Below the pieces are notes generated by a model that worked only from the letters and a program-made list of their open reading frames with translations, did not search any database and was not told the origin of the DNA. A stretch of 64,000 bases of DNA from an uncultured Chloroflexia bacterium. GTDB taxonomy: Bacteria > Chloroflexota > Limnocylindria > Limnocylindrales > CSP1-4. Below are positions 1-10,944 of the stretch, in pieces. The translations under genes were made by a program, and so were the position numbers. Numbering within the stretch: position 1 is the stretch's first letter; each line of letters opens with the position of its first letter. The stretch covers positions 66,050-130,049 of the forward strand of contig CAVXDU010000004.1 in NCBI GenBank assembly GCA_963760625.1, read 5' to 3'.

Positions 1-792
1 TGGAGCCAGATGCCGGGCAGGAACAGCCATCGCACGGCCCAGTTCTCGCGTCGCTTGGCACCCCATCGCAGGACCTCGTATGCGATCGCGGCGATGACCG
101 GGATGAGCAGGATGCGCCCAACGATGCTGATGAGCAGGCTCTGGCCGGCAAGGAGACTGAACAGGATGATGCTGACGATGATGAACACGACCAGGAACTC
201 GGTTCCGCAACGGGGGTGCGCCGTCGGGTACCGCCGGGCGTTGTCGACGGTGAGTGGCAGTTCATGCTCCAGGGCATGGATGGTCATGTGCTCCGCGCCG
301 TGGTACTGGAACACTCGGCGGATCTCCGACGAGCGGCTCACGAGCAGCAGATAGCCCACGAACAAGGCGACCCGGAAGAGGGCCTCGATGAGATGCTGGA
401 TGAGCGCGTTGCCGCCCATCGACCATGGCATTGGTGGCACCCTGTGCCGCCAGCAGCGGCAGGAGCACGAACAGGCCGAGCGCGAACACGATGGTCACGA
501 TGAACGTGAGAGCGACGGCACGGCCGCCCATGGCGACGCCCTCACCTGCCGCCGCGAGCGACCCGGAGCGCATCAGCCAGCGGGTGCCGATGACCAGCGT
601 CTCGTACAGCACCACGACACCCCGGAAGAACGGCGCTCGCGCGAACCGATTGCGATGCAGGATGCTGTTGAGTGGCTCCTGAGCCCCGAAGATCTGTCCC
701 TCGGGTCCCCGGACCGCCACTCCGATGGCGTCACGGCCACGCATCAGCACACCTTCCATGAGTGCCTGGCCGCCGTAAGCGAAACGCGCCAT
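1..792 (-). CDS. DUF1385 (YqhQ-like) membrane protein; 3' end runs off the left edge; one frame break near 420
   Basis: N-terminus MARFAYGGQALMEGVLMRG. After the break another minus frame reads NALIQHLIEALFRVALFVGYLLLVSRSSEIRRVFQYHGAEH, which is typical of DUF1385. Often found next to rpmE. Confidence 0.7.
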
Positions 793-892
793 GGTCAGGC
801 GTTCCCCCGGGTTGGTGCCCCGGCGGACCGCCGGGGAGGCAGGTTCGTCATGCGCAGCCGATGGATCGCCGCGAGATCCTGGCCGCCCGGAC

Positions 893-1105
893 TCAGAGTC
901 TGGCCGCCCGCTCGAGGCGCTTCTGGAAGCGCTCGACCTGTCCGGCCGTATCCACGATCGTCTGCTTGCCTGTGTAGAACGGGTGGCAGTTGGAGCACAC
1001 GTCCACCCGCAGCTCGGGGCTCGTGGAACCGACTGTGAAGGTCGTGTGGCACGAGGCGCAGGTCACCTGCGCCTGGTGGTATTCGGGATGGATGCTGGGC
1101 TTCAC
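893..1105 (-). CDS. rpmE: 50S ribosomal protein L31 (zinc-binding type)
   Basis: Intact 70-aa ORF: MKPSIHPEYHQAQVTCASCHTTFTVGSTSPELRVDVCSNCHPFYTGKQ, with CxxC...CxxC. Confidence 0.95.
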   Translation of the reverse strand: MKPSIHPEYHQAQVTCASCHTTFTVGSTSPELRVDVCSNCHPFYTGKQTIVDTAGQVERFQKRLERAARL

Positions 1106-1123
1106 GAGCGGGTACTCCGGGTG

Positions 1124-1411
1124 CTAGGCGACGGTGACCGGGTCCGATACCGCGGGCACGTCCTCGATGATGCGGATCTGCTTCTTGTCGCGCCGAACGT
1201 GCTCGAACCTGACCCGGCCGGTGACCGTGGCGAACACGGTGAAGTCACGACCAAGGCCGGTGCCCGGCCCTGCGATGAACGTCATGCCGCGTTGGCGGAC
1301 GATGATGGAGCCGGCGCTGACCAGCTGGCCATCGCCGCGCTTGACGCCCAGGCGCTGGCCGACACTGTCGCGCCCGTTCTTGGAGCTGGAGCCTGCCTTC
1401 TTGTGGGCCAC
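1124..1411 (-). CDS. rpmA: 50S ribosomal protein L27
   Basis: GTG start at 1409-1411 gives [29 protein letters not shown] (95 aa). An AAGGA Shine-Dalgarno lies in the last codons of the upstream gene. Confidence 0.95.
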   Translation of the reverse strand: MAHKKAGSSSKNGRDSVGQRLGVKRGDGQLVSAGSIIVRQRGMTFIAGPGTGLGRDFTVFATVTGRVRFEHVRRDKKQIRIIEDVPAVSDPVTVA

Positions 1412-1415
1412 GGTG

Positions 1416-2106
1416 CTACTCGTCCTTCCTGGGCTCGGCGGTGGCGTCAGTTCCTGCGTCCGCCACGTCGATCGCGTCGCTCGGGGCTGGCGGAGTGGCC
1501 GGCTTGGCCTTGGCTGACTTGGCCTTGGCCTTGGGCTCCGCGGCCACTGGCTTGGTCTCGGTCGTGGCAGCCGTGGCAGCTGGCTTCGCCGCCGCACTGG
1601 CCTTGGGCTTGGCCACGCGGACTGGCTTGTCTGCGGCGGGTGCGGTCGGTGTGGTGGCGGCCGCTGTCGCAGCCAGTTGCTCGGCGAGCGCCTTGTCCGC
1701 GGCAGCCTGTTCCTCGACGGCCTTCGCGGCCTTCGCGGCGGCGGCGCTGATCATGCTCGGCGACCCGTTCCTGCTCACCGGCGGCGCTCCGGCCGGCCCA
1801 TGCGATATCCGCGATGCGCAGCACGGTCAGGTCGGCGCGATGACCCTGCTTGACGCGCGTGCGCGCCTTTGGCTTGTACTTGAACACGACGATCTTGTCG
1901 CCGCGCGATTGGCGCAGGACGCTGGCGCTGACGCGAGCGCCGTCCACCACGGGCTGGCCGATGGCCGCCTCGGCACCGTCGGCGACGAGCAGGACCCGAT
2001 CGATGTCGATGGTCTGGCCCGGCTCGACATCCATGCGATCGACCTCGATCTCGCTGCCGAGCTCGACCCGATACTGCTTGCCGCCGGTTTCGATGACTGC
2101 GTACAT
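1416..2106 (-). CDS. rplU: 50S ribosomal protein L21 with a long Ala/Lys/Pro-rich C-terminal tail (tail is in a second frame; junction about 1740-1800)
   Basis: [22 protein letters not shown]...[23 protein letters not shown]. The tail frame reads [23 protein letters not shown]...[12 protein letters not shown]...[15 protein letters not shown] and stops 4 nt before the rpmA start. Confidence 0.85.
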
Positions 2107-2180
2107 GATCCCCTGGAGATGGAGTCTGGTGAAAGCGCCTCTGGTGGCACGGCGAACCGGCGAGGAGGACGGGGACAGGG

Positions 2181-2210
2181 ATGGTACCCGTAGGCCGCAG
2201 GAGCCGTCAA
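2181..2210 (-). promoter_or_regulatory. Candidate rplU-rpmA promoter: -35 TTGACG, 18-nt spacer, -10 TACCAT (read on the minus strand)
   Basis: Plus-strand cgtcaa at 2205-2210 and atggta at 2181-2186, about 75 nt upstream of the rplU ATG. Confidence 0.35.
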
Positions 2211-2226
2211 CCGCGGGCGCGCCGGG

Positions 2227-3415
2227 TCATCCGGGCGACGCGGTCGACTCCCGGACGATGAGCTCGTGTCTCCAGCACCAGCCGCGTCGGTGGCTGCCGC
2301 GGGTCGATCGAGCATGCTCATCAGTCGGCGTACAGCGATCCGGCCCATCTCGCGCAGCGGCTGACGTACGGTCGTCAGGGTGGGCGTGAGGTAGGACGCC
2401 TCCGGGATGTCGTCGAACCCGACCAGGGACAGGTCGCCCGGAACCGATCGACCGAGCTCCCGGGCAGCGCGCAGGACACCGAAGGCCGCGGCGTCGCTCG
2501 ACGCGAAGATGGCGGTCGGCGGCGTACGTCGACACAGGACAGCGTCATGGCCGCCGCGTATCCGCCGGGCTCCATGAACGTGCCGGGCACGATGTCCTCG
2601 TCCGGGACCTCCAGCCCGGCCGCGGCCATCGCCTCCCGGAAGCCGGCGAGCCGCTCCGTGGTCGCGCCGACGTTCGGGCGTCCGGTGATGAACCCGATGC
2701 GTCGATGACCCAGATCGATCAGATGGTTGGATGGCGCTGCGGGCGCCGTCTGCGGTTGGTGGCATTGACCACGGTGCAGCCAGGGGCGTCCGCGTCGTAG
2801 TCGATGAGCACGAAGGGGAATGCGTCCGCCTTGAGCTGCTCGACGTAGTCCGGCAGTCCGCGCGGCAGCACGATGACCAGGCCGTCGACCATGCCGTGGG
2901 ACAGGCGTGCGACGTAGCCCGGCCTCCTTCTCGCGCCGGGCGTGCGTGGTGCACAGCAGGAAGTCGTAGTCGTACTCGGCGACCTGCTCGTCGACACCGC
3001 TGATGACCGCGTGCGAGAACGCGTTCGCGACCTCCTGGGCCAGGAGGCCGATGACCTGGGACCGGCCGCTGGCCAGGGCGCGCGCGGATGGGTGGGCGAC
3101 GTACCCCAGGTCGCTCATGGCGAGCAGCACCCGTCGGCGGGTGTCATCCCGCACGTGGGCGTAGCCGTTCACGACCCGGGAGACGGTCGCGTAGGAGACG
3201 CCAGCCGCCCGGGCGACGTCGAAGATGGTCGGGCGCCCGCGCCGGCCGTCCGATCCCGGCGCGCTCGGGCCACGTCGGCGTCGCGTGCCGGGCAGCCGCC
3301 GACCTATGTCCTGCTCGCCGCGATGCTCGCGTCGGGCTTCACGAGCAGCAGCATAGCGGTCGCGGGCCTTGAAAGCGCTTGCAATCAGTGGTACGAATCT
3401 GCGACCCTGCCGCAA
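2227..3415 (-). CDS. LacI-family transcriptional regulator (CebR-like); at least 3 frame breaks; true start uncertain (3240-3415)
   Basis: HTH TIFDVARAAGVSYATVSRVVNG, core SQVIGLLAQE and LVGFDDIPEASYLTPTLTTVRQPLREMG, C-terminus ELIVRESTA. Divergent from the sugar ABC operon. Confidence 0.8.
3370..3383. promoter_or_regulatory. LacI-type operator palindrome TGAAAGCGCTTGCA
   Basis: 14-bp near-palindrome with an AGCGCT core in the lacI/ABC divergent region. It lies inside the longest possible lacI ORF. Confidence 0.45.
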
Positions 3416-3439
3416 CCAGGCCGGTCACGGACCGGCAGA

Positions 3440-3453
3440 TGGGAGCGCTTTCA
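3440..3453. promoter_or_regulatory. LacI-type operator TGGGAGCGCTTTCA (11/14 match to the Streptomyces CebR box TGGGAGCGCTCCCA)
   Basis: Read directly from the sequence, about 90 nt upstream of the solute-binding-protein ATG at 3542. Confidence 0.5.
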
Positions 3454-3541
3454 TCGGGACACGGTCCCAACGAGGAGGTGTCGACGCGCCAAGTCCAGCT
3501 GACCGCTCCGGATCTGCAACCCAAGCCGAGGAGGAGACATC

Positions 3542-4844
3542 ATGTCGAGACATCGTCAACGGATCGGGTTCCTGGCCACCGCGGGCATCGCGGCTACCAT
3601 GATCGCGGGCACCACGGGGACCGTCGCCCAGGACCAGGTGGAGTTCGCGCTCTACGACCTCCACAACGTCGATCCCGGACTGACATTCATCAGAGGACAC
3701 CGTGAACGCCTACATGGCGGCCCACCCGAACGTCAAGATCAATCTCACGACCCTCGAGAACGCGGCGCTCAAGCAGAAGCATCGCGGCGGAGATGCAGTC
3801 GGGCAACCCGCCGGACCTGTTCCAGTCCTGGGGCGGCGGCACGCTCGCGCAGCAGGTCGCGGCGGGCCTCGTCCAGGCCGATCGACGACGAGAGTCGCGG
3901 ATGTCAAGGACAAGATCAATGCGGCCGGCCATGAGCCTGGTCCAACGTCGATGGCAAGCAGTACGGCCTGCCATACAACCTCGGCGTGGTCGGCCTCTGG
4001 TACAACAAGGACCTGTTCCAGCAGGCCGGCATCGACGGCACCGCCCGCTACCTGGGATGAGCTGCTGACGGATGTCCAGACGTTCAAGGACAAGGGCATC
4101 GTGCCCATCAGCCTCGCCGCCGGGGCCGCCGACAGCTGGACCGCGATGTTCTGGTGGGCCTACCTCTCGACACGCATCTGCGGCGCCGGTGGCATCGAAC
4201 ACGGCCATCACCACGGCGGGACTGGACCGCGGAATGCTTCGTCAAGGCGGGCGAGGCGTTCAAGCAGCTCATCGACCTCGAGCCGTTCCAGCCCGGGTTC
4301 GGGCGCCGCGACGCACCCCGCCCAGGAGGGCGAGTTCGGCAACGGCAAGGCGGCGATGATGCTCCAGGGCCAGTGGGCCTGCAAGCGCGCAGGCGTCGGA
4401 GAGCGAGTCGAAAAAGGGCATCGGTGATGCGCTCGGCGTGGGCTCCGTTCCCGCAGCGTCGATGGCGGCGCCGGCCTGCCCACGGACGTGTTCGGCGGCG
4501 GCGACGACTTCGCGGTCGGCCGGGACGCCCCCAAGGAGGCGGTCGACTTCCTCAAGTACCTGACCACCGACGACGACGGTCATCAAGAACTGGGTCACGA
4601 GCGGTGACGGGGCCCTGCCGACGCTCGATCGGCTCGGAGTCGCTCGTCACGGACCCGAACACTGACGGCCATCCTGGCAGGCGCGCTCGAACGCGACCTT
4701 CGCGCAGGGCTGTATCTCGACCAGGTGACCACCCCCAACGATCGGGCAGGCGATCAACGACGCCGTTGCCGGCCTGGTCGCGGGCGCCCTCTCCCCGCAG
4801 GAGGTCACCCAGTCCATCACCGAGGCGGCCAAGCGGCAGCGTGA
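3542..4844 (+). CDS. ABC sugar transporter, extracellular solute-binding protein (family 1, CebE-like); at least 5 frame breaks
   Basis: GAGGAGGAGA Shine-Dalgarno. N-terminus MSRHRQRIGFLATAGIAATMIAG. Also NPPDLFQSWGGGTLAQQV, KQYGLPYNLGVVGLWYNKDLFQQAGIDG and WDELLTDVQTFKDKGIVPISLAAG. Confidence 0.8.
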
Positions 4845-5856
4845 TCCCTGGTCTCCGTCCAAGGCATCGAGCGGGTCGGCGGCGACGCCGACCCGCTCGC
4901 CTACCGATGGCCCCGTGACGACGGCCGCGGCCGCAGCCGGAACCCGCTCGTCCGCCGCTTCGCCGAAGGCGGACGGTCGGGCTGTTCCTGCTCGCCGGCG
5001 CTCCTCGTCTACGGGCTGTTCGTGCTGCTCCCCATCGCCCAGGCGGCGTGGTACAGCCTGTGCGATTGGAACGGCCTCGGTCCGCTCGACGGACTTCATC
5101 GGCCTCGACAACTACGCCAAGGCCCTCAACGACTCGGTGTTCCGGGTGCGCGGTGTGGCACAACACCCTCATCGTCATCCTGTCTCTGATCGGTCCAGAT
5201 CCCGTTCGCGCTGTGGCTCGCGCTGCAGCTGAACCGGCATTTCCGAGGCCGAACGCTGCTGCGATTGCTGTTCTTCGCGCCGTACGTGCTGTCCGAGGCG
5301 ACCACCGGCATCGTGTTCCAGCTGCTGCTCTACCCGGACGGGATGGTCGACCGCGGGCTCGAGACCGTCGGCCTTGGCTTCCTCGTTCACGAGTGGCTCG
5401 CCGACCGCTCCATCGTGATGCTCACGATGTTCGTCGTCATCTCGTGGAAGTACTTCGGGTTCCACATGATCCTGATGCTCGCCGGGCCTGCAGGGCATCC
5501 CGCGGGAGCTGGAAGAGGCGGCAGCCATCGATGGCGCCAGCCGACGGCAGACCGTGCGCAGCATCACCATCCCGCTGCTCGGCCCGACGCTCCGGGTGTC
5601 CGTGTTCCTCTCGATCATCGGCGCCATCCAGATCTTCGACCTCGTGTGGGCCACGACCCAAGGGCGGACCGTTCCACGCGTCGGACACGATGGCGACGTA
5701 CCTCGTGGACTGTCGGCATCCGGCGTGACCCAGTTGGGCTACGGCAGCGCCATCGCGGTCATCCTGTTCGTCATCTGCCTCGTGGTAGCCCTGTTCTACC
5801 TCCGTTTCGTGATGCGCCGGGATACCGAGGGCGCCCTGACCACCGGGGCAGGCTGA
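4841..5856 (+). CDS. ABC sugar transporter permease (CebF-like); several frame breaks
   Basis: [52 protein letters not shown] loop [19 protein letters not shown]-terminus [25 protein letters not shown]. Confidence 0.8.
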
Positions 5857-5860
5857 GCCG

Positions 5861-6765
5861 ATGACGACGACCACGACCACCGACCCCGGCCGAACGCTCA
5901 CGTCGAGCCGGTCGGCAGCTCGCGCGTCCAGGTGCGCGAGCTCAGCGGGGACATCTTCCGGTGGGCCGTCCTCATCGCGGTGGCGGTGGCCATCGTGGTG
6001 CCCATCGGGTACGCGTTCCTGGGCGGCTTCCGGACCACCGGTGCCATCCGCAACAACCCCGCCGGCCTGCCCGAACCCGTGGAACCTCGATCAACTACGT
6101 GGAGGCCCTCGCCGGCGGCGCCTATCTGGCAGCAGCTGTTCAACAGCATCGTCATCGCGGTCATCGCGGTCGCGGTCGTGGTCGACGGTCTCGGCGCTCG
6201 CCGCGTACGTATTCGCCCGATTCGCGTTCCGGGGTCGGGAGGCTGCTGTTCACGCTCTTCGCGCTGGGGCTGCTGTTCCCGGCGGCTGTCGCGATCCTGC
6301 CCGCTGTACATCCTGCTGCGCACCATCGGGCTGCTCGACAACCCGCTCGGGTCGCGCTGCCAGAGGCGGCGTTCGGCATCCCGCTGACCATCATCATCCT
6401 GCGCCCGTTCTTCCGGAGCATCCCGCGTGGAGCTCGAGGATGCCGCGCTCATCGACGGCTGCGGTCGCTTCGGCTTCTTCTGGCGCGTGCTGCTGCCGCT
6501 CTCGCGCCCGGCCCTCGCTACGGTCGCGGTGCTCGCGCTCGTGGGCAGCTGGAACTCGTTCCTGCTGCCGCTGCTCATCCTCGGCGGGACCGAGCAGTGG
6601 ACGCTGCCGCTGGGCGTCCTCAACTTCTCGCACGCAGTACTCGACAGGACGTAGCACGCGTGCTCGCGTATCGCCGCGCTGTCGATGGTCCCGGCGCTCC
6701 TGTTCTACGCGGTCGCCGAGCGCCAGCTCATCGGCGGACTGACATCCGGCGCGGTCAAGGGATGA
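5861..6765 (+). CDS. ABC sugar transporter permease (CebG-like); several frame breaks
   Basis: DIFRWAVLIAVAVAIVVPIGYAFLGGF, ILRPFFRSIPRELEDAALIDGCGRFGFFWRVLLPLSRPALATVAVLALVGSWNSFLLPLLIL, end GGLTSGAVKG. Confidence 0.8.
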
Positions 6766-6787
6766 CGCCAACGCCTGGGAGGAACGC

Positions 6788-9183
6788 ATGACGCTCGTCG
6801 ACCGTACGACCGCGCCAGTGGAGCCGGATCCGCCCTACCGCGACCCGTCGCTGTCGGTCGAGGCGCGCGTCGAGGACCTGCTGGCGCGCATGACGCTCGA
6901 GGAGAAGCTGGCCCAGATGGGTTCCTTCTGGGCGTTCGAGGTCCTCACCGGGGGCGCGCTGGACCGGCCAAGGCGGACACGGCTGCTGGAGCACGGCATC
7001 GGCCAGGTGACCCGGGTCGTAGGCTCCACCAACCTGCGCCCACGCGAGGGTGCGCGTCCTCGCGAACGCGATCCAGCAGCATCTCGTCGAGCGCACCCGG
7101 CTGGGCATCCCGGCCATCGTGCACGAGGAGTCCCTGCACGGGGTGATGGGCCGCGACCGCGTCTGCTACCCGCAGTCGATCGGGCTCGCCGCAACCTGGG
7201 ACCCGGCGCTGGTCGAGCGCATGGCAGCGCGTATCGGGCGCGACCTGCGCGCCGGGGGCGCGCAGCAGGCCCTCGCGCCAGTCATCGACATCTCGCGGGA
7301 CCCACGCTGGGGTCGGTTCGAGGAGACCTACGGGGAGGACCCGTACCTGGTTGCCTCGATGGGCGTAGCCTACGTGCGCGGCATCCAGGGACCGGATGGA
7401 GGGCGCGGCCCGGACGGGGTCCTCGCGACGGGCAAGCACATGGTCGGCCACGGCATCCCGGAGGGCGGCTTCAACCACGCGCCGGCGCACCTGGGCCCGC
7501 GGGAGCTGCGCGACCAGTTCCTGCTGCCGTTCGAGGCGGCCGTCCGCGCCGGCGGCATCCGCTCGATCATGCACGCCTACGACGACCTCGACGGGGTCCC
7601 ATGCGTCGCATCACGGGAGCTACTGACGACCATCCTGCGGGAGGAATGGGGCTTCGACGGGCTCGTGGTCTCCGACTACATGGGTATCGAGCTGCTTGAG
7701 CGCTCGCACAACGTCGTGTCCGACATGGGTACGGCCGCCCGGTTGGCACTGGAGGCGGGGGTGGACAGCGACCTGCCCACGACCGTCGCCTACGGGCGAC
7801 CGCTCGCGGACGCGATCGACGGACGGGTCCGTGGACATCGCCCTCGTCGACCAGGCCGTGCGACGCACGCTGCGCGAGAAGTTCGCCCTCGGGTTGTTCG
7901 AGCGGCCGTACGTCGATGTGGACGCGCCCGAGCTGGTCGGCGGACGCGACGCGGAGGACCGGGTACTCGCGCGTGAGCTGGCACGCAGCTCGATCGTCCT
8001 GCTGCGCAATGAGGGCATCCTGCCACTCGCGGCGCCGCGGACGATCGCGGTCATCGGACCCAGCGCGGACAGCGCGCGCAACCTCCAGGGCGACTACAGC
8101 CATCTGGTCCACATCGAGAGCCTCATCGAGGGGCGGACGCGTGCCCATTTCGCGGTCGTCTCGGACCCAGGCGAATTGGACGTGAACGGCCTCCTGGAGG
8201 GCATCCCCACCGTCCTCGATGCGATCCGGGAGCGGGCGGGCGCGGACAGCATCGTTCGCCACGCGCCCGGTTCCGGCCTGATGGACGGCACGGATGAGGA
8301 GGTCGCGTCTGCCGTCGAGGCGGCAACGGCCGCGGACGTGGCGGTCGTGGTGGTGGGTGAACGCTCAGGGCTCACCGACGACTGCCAGTCGGGTGAGGCT
8401 AGGGACCGCCTTGACCTGGGACTGCCGGGCCGCCAGGCGGAGCTGGTCGCGGCGGTGGCGGCGACGGGCACCCCGGTGGTGCTGGTGCTGGTCTCCGGGC
8501 GGCCGCTGGCGATCGCGGCCGAGGCGGCATCATGCGCCGCCATCCTCCATGCATGGGTGCCCGGCGACGAGGGTGCCGCCGCGATCGCCGAGGTGTTGTT
8601 CGGCGACTCCTCCCCGGGTGGCAGGCTACCGGTGACGGTCCCCTGGAGTGTCGGGCAGGTGCCCATCCACTACGCGCACAAGCCGTCGGGAGGCCGATCC
8701 AACTGGAAGGGGGACTACGTCGACGGCCCGCACCGACCGCTGTGGGCATTCGGCTTCGGGCTGTCCTACACCAGCTTCGAGATGGGCGAGCTCACCGTGG
8801 ACCGGCCAGTCATAGAGCCGGGCGGTGAGGTCGAAGCCAGCGCAGACGTGGTCAACACCGGCGAACGAGCGGGCGACGAGGTCGTGCAGCTGTACCTGCG
8901 CGACGTGGAGGCGTCTGTGACGCGCCCGGTGATGCAGCTGTGCGGGTTCTGTCGCGTGTCCCTGCGACCTGGTGAGCGTCGGCGCGTGACCTTCCGGCTC
9001 GCGGCCGACCTGCTCGCGTTCACGGGCGTCGATGGCCAGCTGGTCCTGGAGCCCGGCCAGATCGAGCTGATGGTCGGTCGGTCGTCTGCGGACATCGCGT
9101 CGCGGGCATCCATCGAGCTGATCGGCCCACGTACGATCCTGCAGCGTCGCAATCGGTTCTTCAGCGAGGTCACCATCGACTGA
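6788..9183 (+). CDS. Glycoside hydrolase family 3 beta-glucosidase; 2 frame breaks (about 7040 and 7800)
   Basis: EEKLAQM, GIPAIVHEESLHG, SRDPRWGRFEETYGEDPYL, GKHMVGHG, GLVVSDY, then an uninterrupted 490-aa C-terminal domain. Confidence 0.9.
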
Positions 9184-9227
9184 TCGGGTGACATCCTGGG
9201 CCGGGTATCGACGATGGCCCCATGCCA

Positions 9228-9258
9228 GACTGCTGCCCACCATCAGTGGGCAGCAGTC
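9228..9258 (+). terminator. Perfect 13-bp stem / 5-nt loop hairpin downstream of the GH3 gene (no U-tract)
   Basis: GACTGCTGCCCAC-CATCA-GTGGGCAGCAGTC, starting 45 nt after the GH3 stop. Confidence 0.4.
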
Positions 9259-9480
9259 CTCCAGCCACGATGGCTGGGGCCGGGCCATTCCAGGATCCTG
9301 CGCGGTGTCATCATCCACCGGTCCAGGGCCGCGATCACCGCGATCATTCTGCTCCAGTCGTGTGTCGCCCAGTGGGCATGCATGCGCGGTGTCATGGTCA
9401 CGGCAGTGGACGAGTGGTGTCGCTACCGATGGTCATCGGCCGGTAGCCACGCACGGTGTCAGGGAAGGGGAGATCCAGGT

Positions 9481-10896
9481 ATGAGCGGTGGTTCAGGCAC
9501 GGCGCGGTTTCCGGCCGGGTTCCTGTGGGGAGCCGCGACCTCCGCCTACCAGATCGAGGGTGCCACGTCCGAGGACGGTCGCGGGGCTTCGATCTGGGAC
9601 ACCTTCAGCCGCCGTCCGGGCGCGATCGCGGACGGCACCACCGGCGACATCGCGACCGACCACTACCACAGGTATCCCGAGGACGTGGCACTCATGCGGC
9701 GCCTGGGATTGTCCATGTATCGCTTCTCGGTCGCCTGGCCCAGGATCCAGCCGACGGGACGTGGGCCCGCAAACCAGAAGGGCCTCGATTTCTACCGCCG
9801 ACTGGTTGACGAGCTGCTGTCCAACGGCATCCGGCCCAACCTGACCTTGTACCACTGGGACCTGCCGCAATCCCTTCAGGATCTCGGTGGGTGGGCCACC
9901 CGGGAGACGGCCTATCGTTTCGAGGATTTCGCCGTCATCGTGTTTCGCGAGCTGCACGACCGGGTCGGCTGGTGGGCCACATTGAACGAACCATGGTGCT
10001 CGTCACTCCTCGGCCACGCACAGGGTGTCCACGCGCCCGGGATCCGTGATCCGCAGCAGGCCATCCGTGCCGCGCATCACCTGCTGCTGGGTCACGGGAA
10101 GGCGGTCCGCAGCCTCCAGGCGATCGACCCGGGACCGAGGCTTGGCATCGCGCTCAACCTTGCTCCGGTTCGGATTGACGCTGCTGACCCCGACGCCGCC
10201 TTGGTCGGCGCCGTGCAGTTGACCGATGCGTATCGCAACCGGCTCTGGATGGATCCCCTGTTCAAGGGTGACTATCCGGCCGACCTTGCGGAACACGTCG
10301 AGCGCTACGGCGGCATCCCGGTCAAGCCGGGCGACCTCGAGGTCATCGGCGCACGACTGGACTGGCTGGGCATCAACTACTACCACGACGTGATCCTGAC
10401 ACCCGATCCGACCGTCCGGGACGGCGGTGCGCATCCTGGCGTCACGGGAGTCCGCGAGGCGGATCCCATCGGTGACAGGACCGATCTCGGTTGGCCCATC
10501 ACCCCCGACGGGCTACGGGAGTTGCTGGTGTCGATCGGCCGCGACTACCCCAACGTGCCGCCCATCGTCGTGACCGAGAACGGTGCCGCCTACAACGACC
10601 CTGTCGGGGTCGATGGCACCGTGGCTGACGATCGACGGATCCGCTACCTGCGGAGGCATCTGGGCGCGCTCTCGGACGCCATCGCCGAGGGGGCGGATGT
10701 CAGGGGATACATGACCTGGTCACTCCTCGACAACTTCGAATGGGCTGAGGGCTACAGCCAGCGCTTCGGCCTGGTCCATGTCGACTACCAGACCCAACTA
10801 CGGACGCCTCGCCGGAGCGCAGACTGGTACCGGGAGGTCATCGTGCGGAACGCCCTTCCGTCGGACGAGACGGTGGACGTGGCGCCTGGCATGTGA
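9481..10896 (+). CDS. Glycoside hydrolase family 1 beta-glucosidase (BglC/BglA-like); intact
   Basis: ATG at 9481 after GGAGA. FLWGAATSAYQIEGA, acid/base ATLNEPW, nucleophile VVTENGAAYND. Confidence 0.9.
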   Translation: MSGGSGTARFPAGFLWGAATSAYQIEGATSEDGRGASIWDTFSRRPGAIADGTTGDIATDHYHRYPEDVALMRRLGLSMYRFSVAWPRIQPTGRGPANQKGLDFYRRLVDELLSNGIRPNLTLYHWDLPQSLQDLGGWATRETAYRFEDFAVIVFRELHDRVGWWATLNEPWCSSLLGHAQGVHAPGIRDPQQAIRAAHHLLLGHGKAVRSLQAIDPGPRLGIALNLAPVRIDAADPDAALVGAVQLTDAYRNRLWMDPLFKGDYPADLAEHVERYGGIPVKPGDLEVIGARLDWLGINYYHDVILTPDPTVRDGGAHPGVTGVREADPIGDRTDLGWPITPDGLRELLVSIGRDYPNVPPIVVTENGAAYNDPVGVDGTVADDRRIRYLRRHLGALSDAIAEGADVRGYMTWSLLDNFEWAEGYSQRFGLVHVDYQTQLRTPRRSADWYREVIVRNALPSDETVDVAPGM

Positions 10897-10944
10897 TCAT
10901 CGCCCCGGGGTCGCCCGCGGCGATCTGCTAGTGTGGTTGGATCC

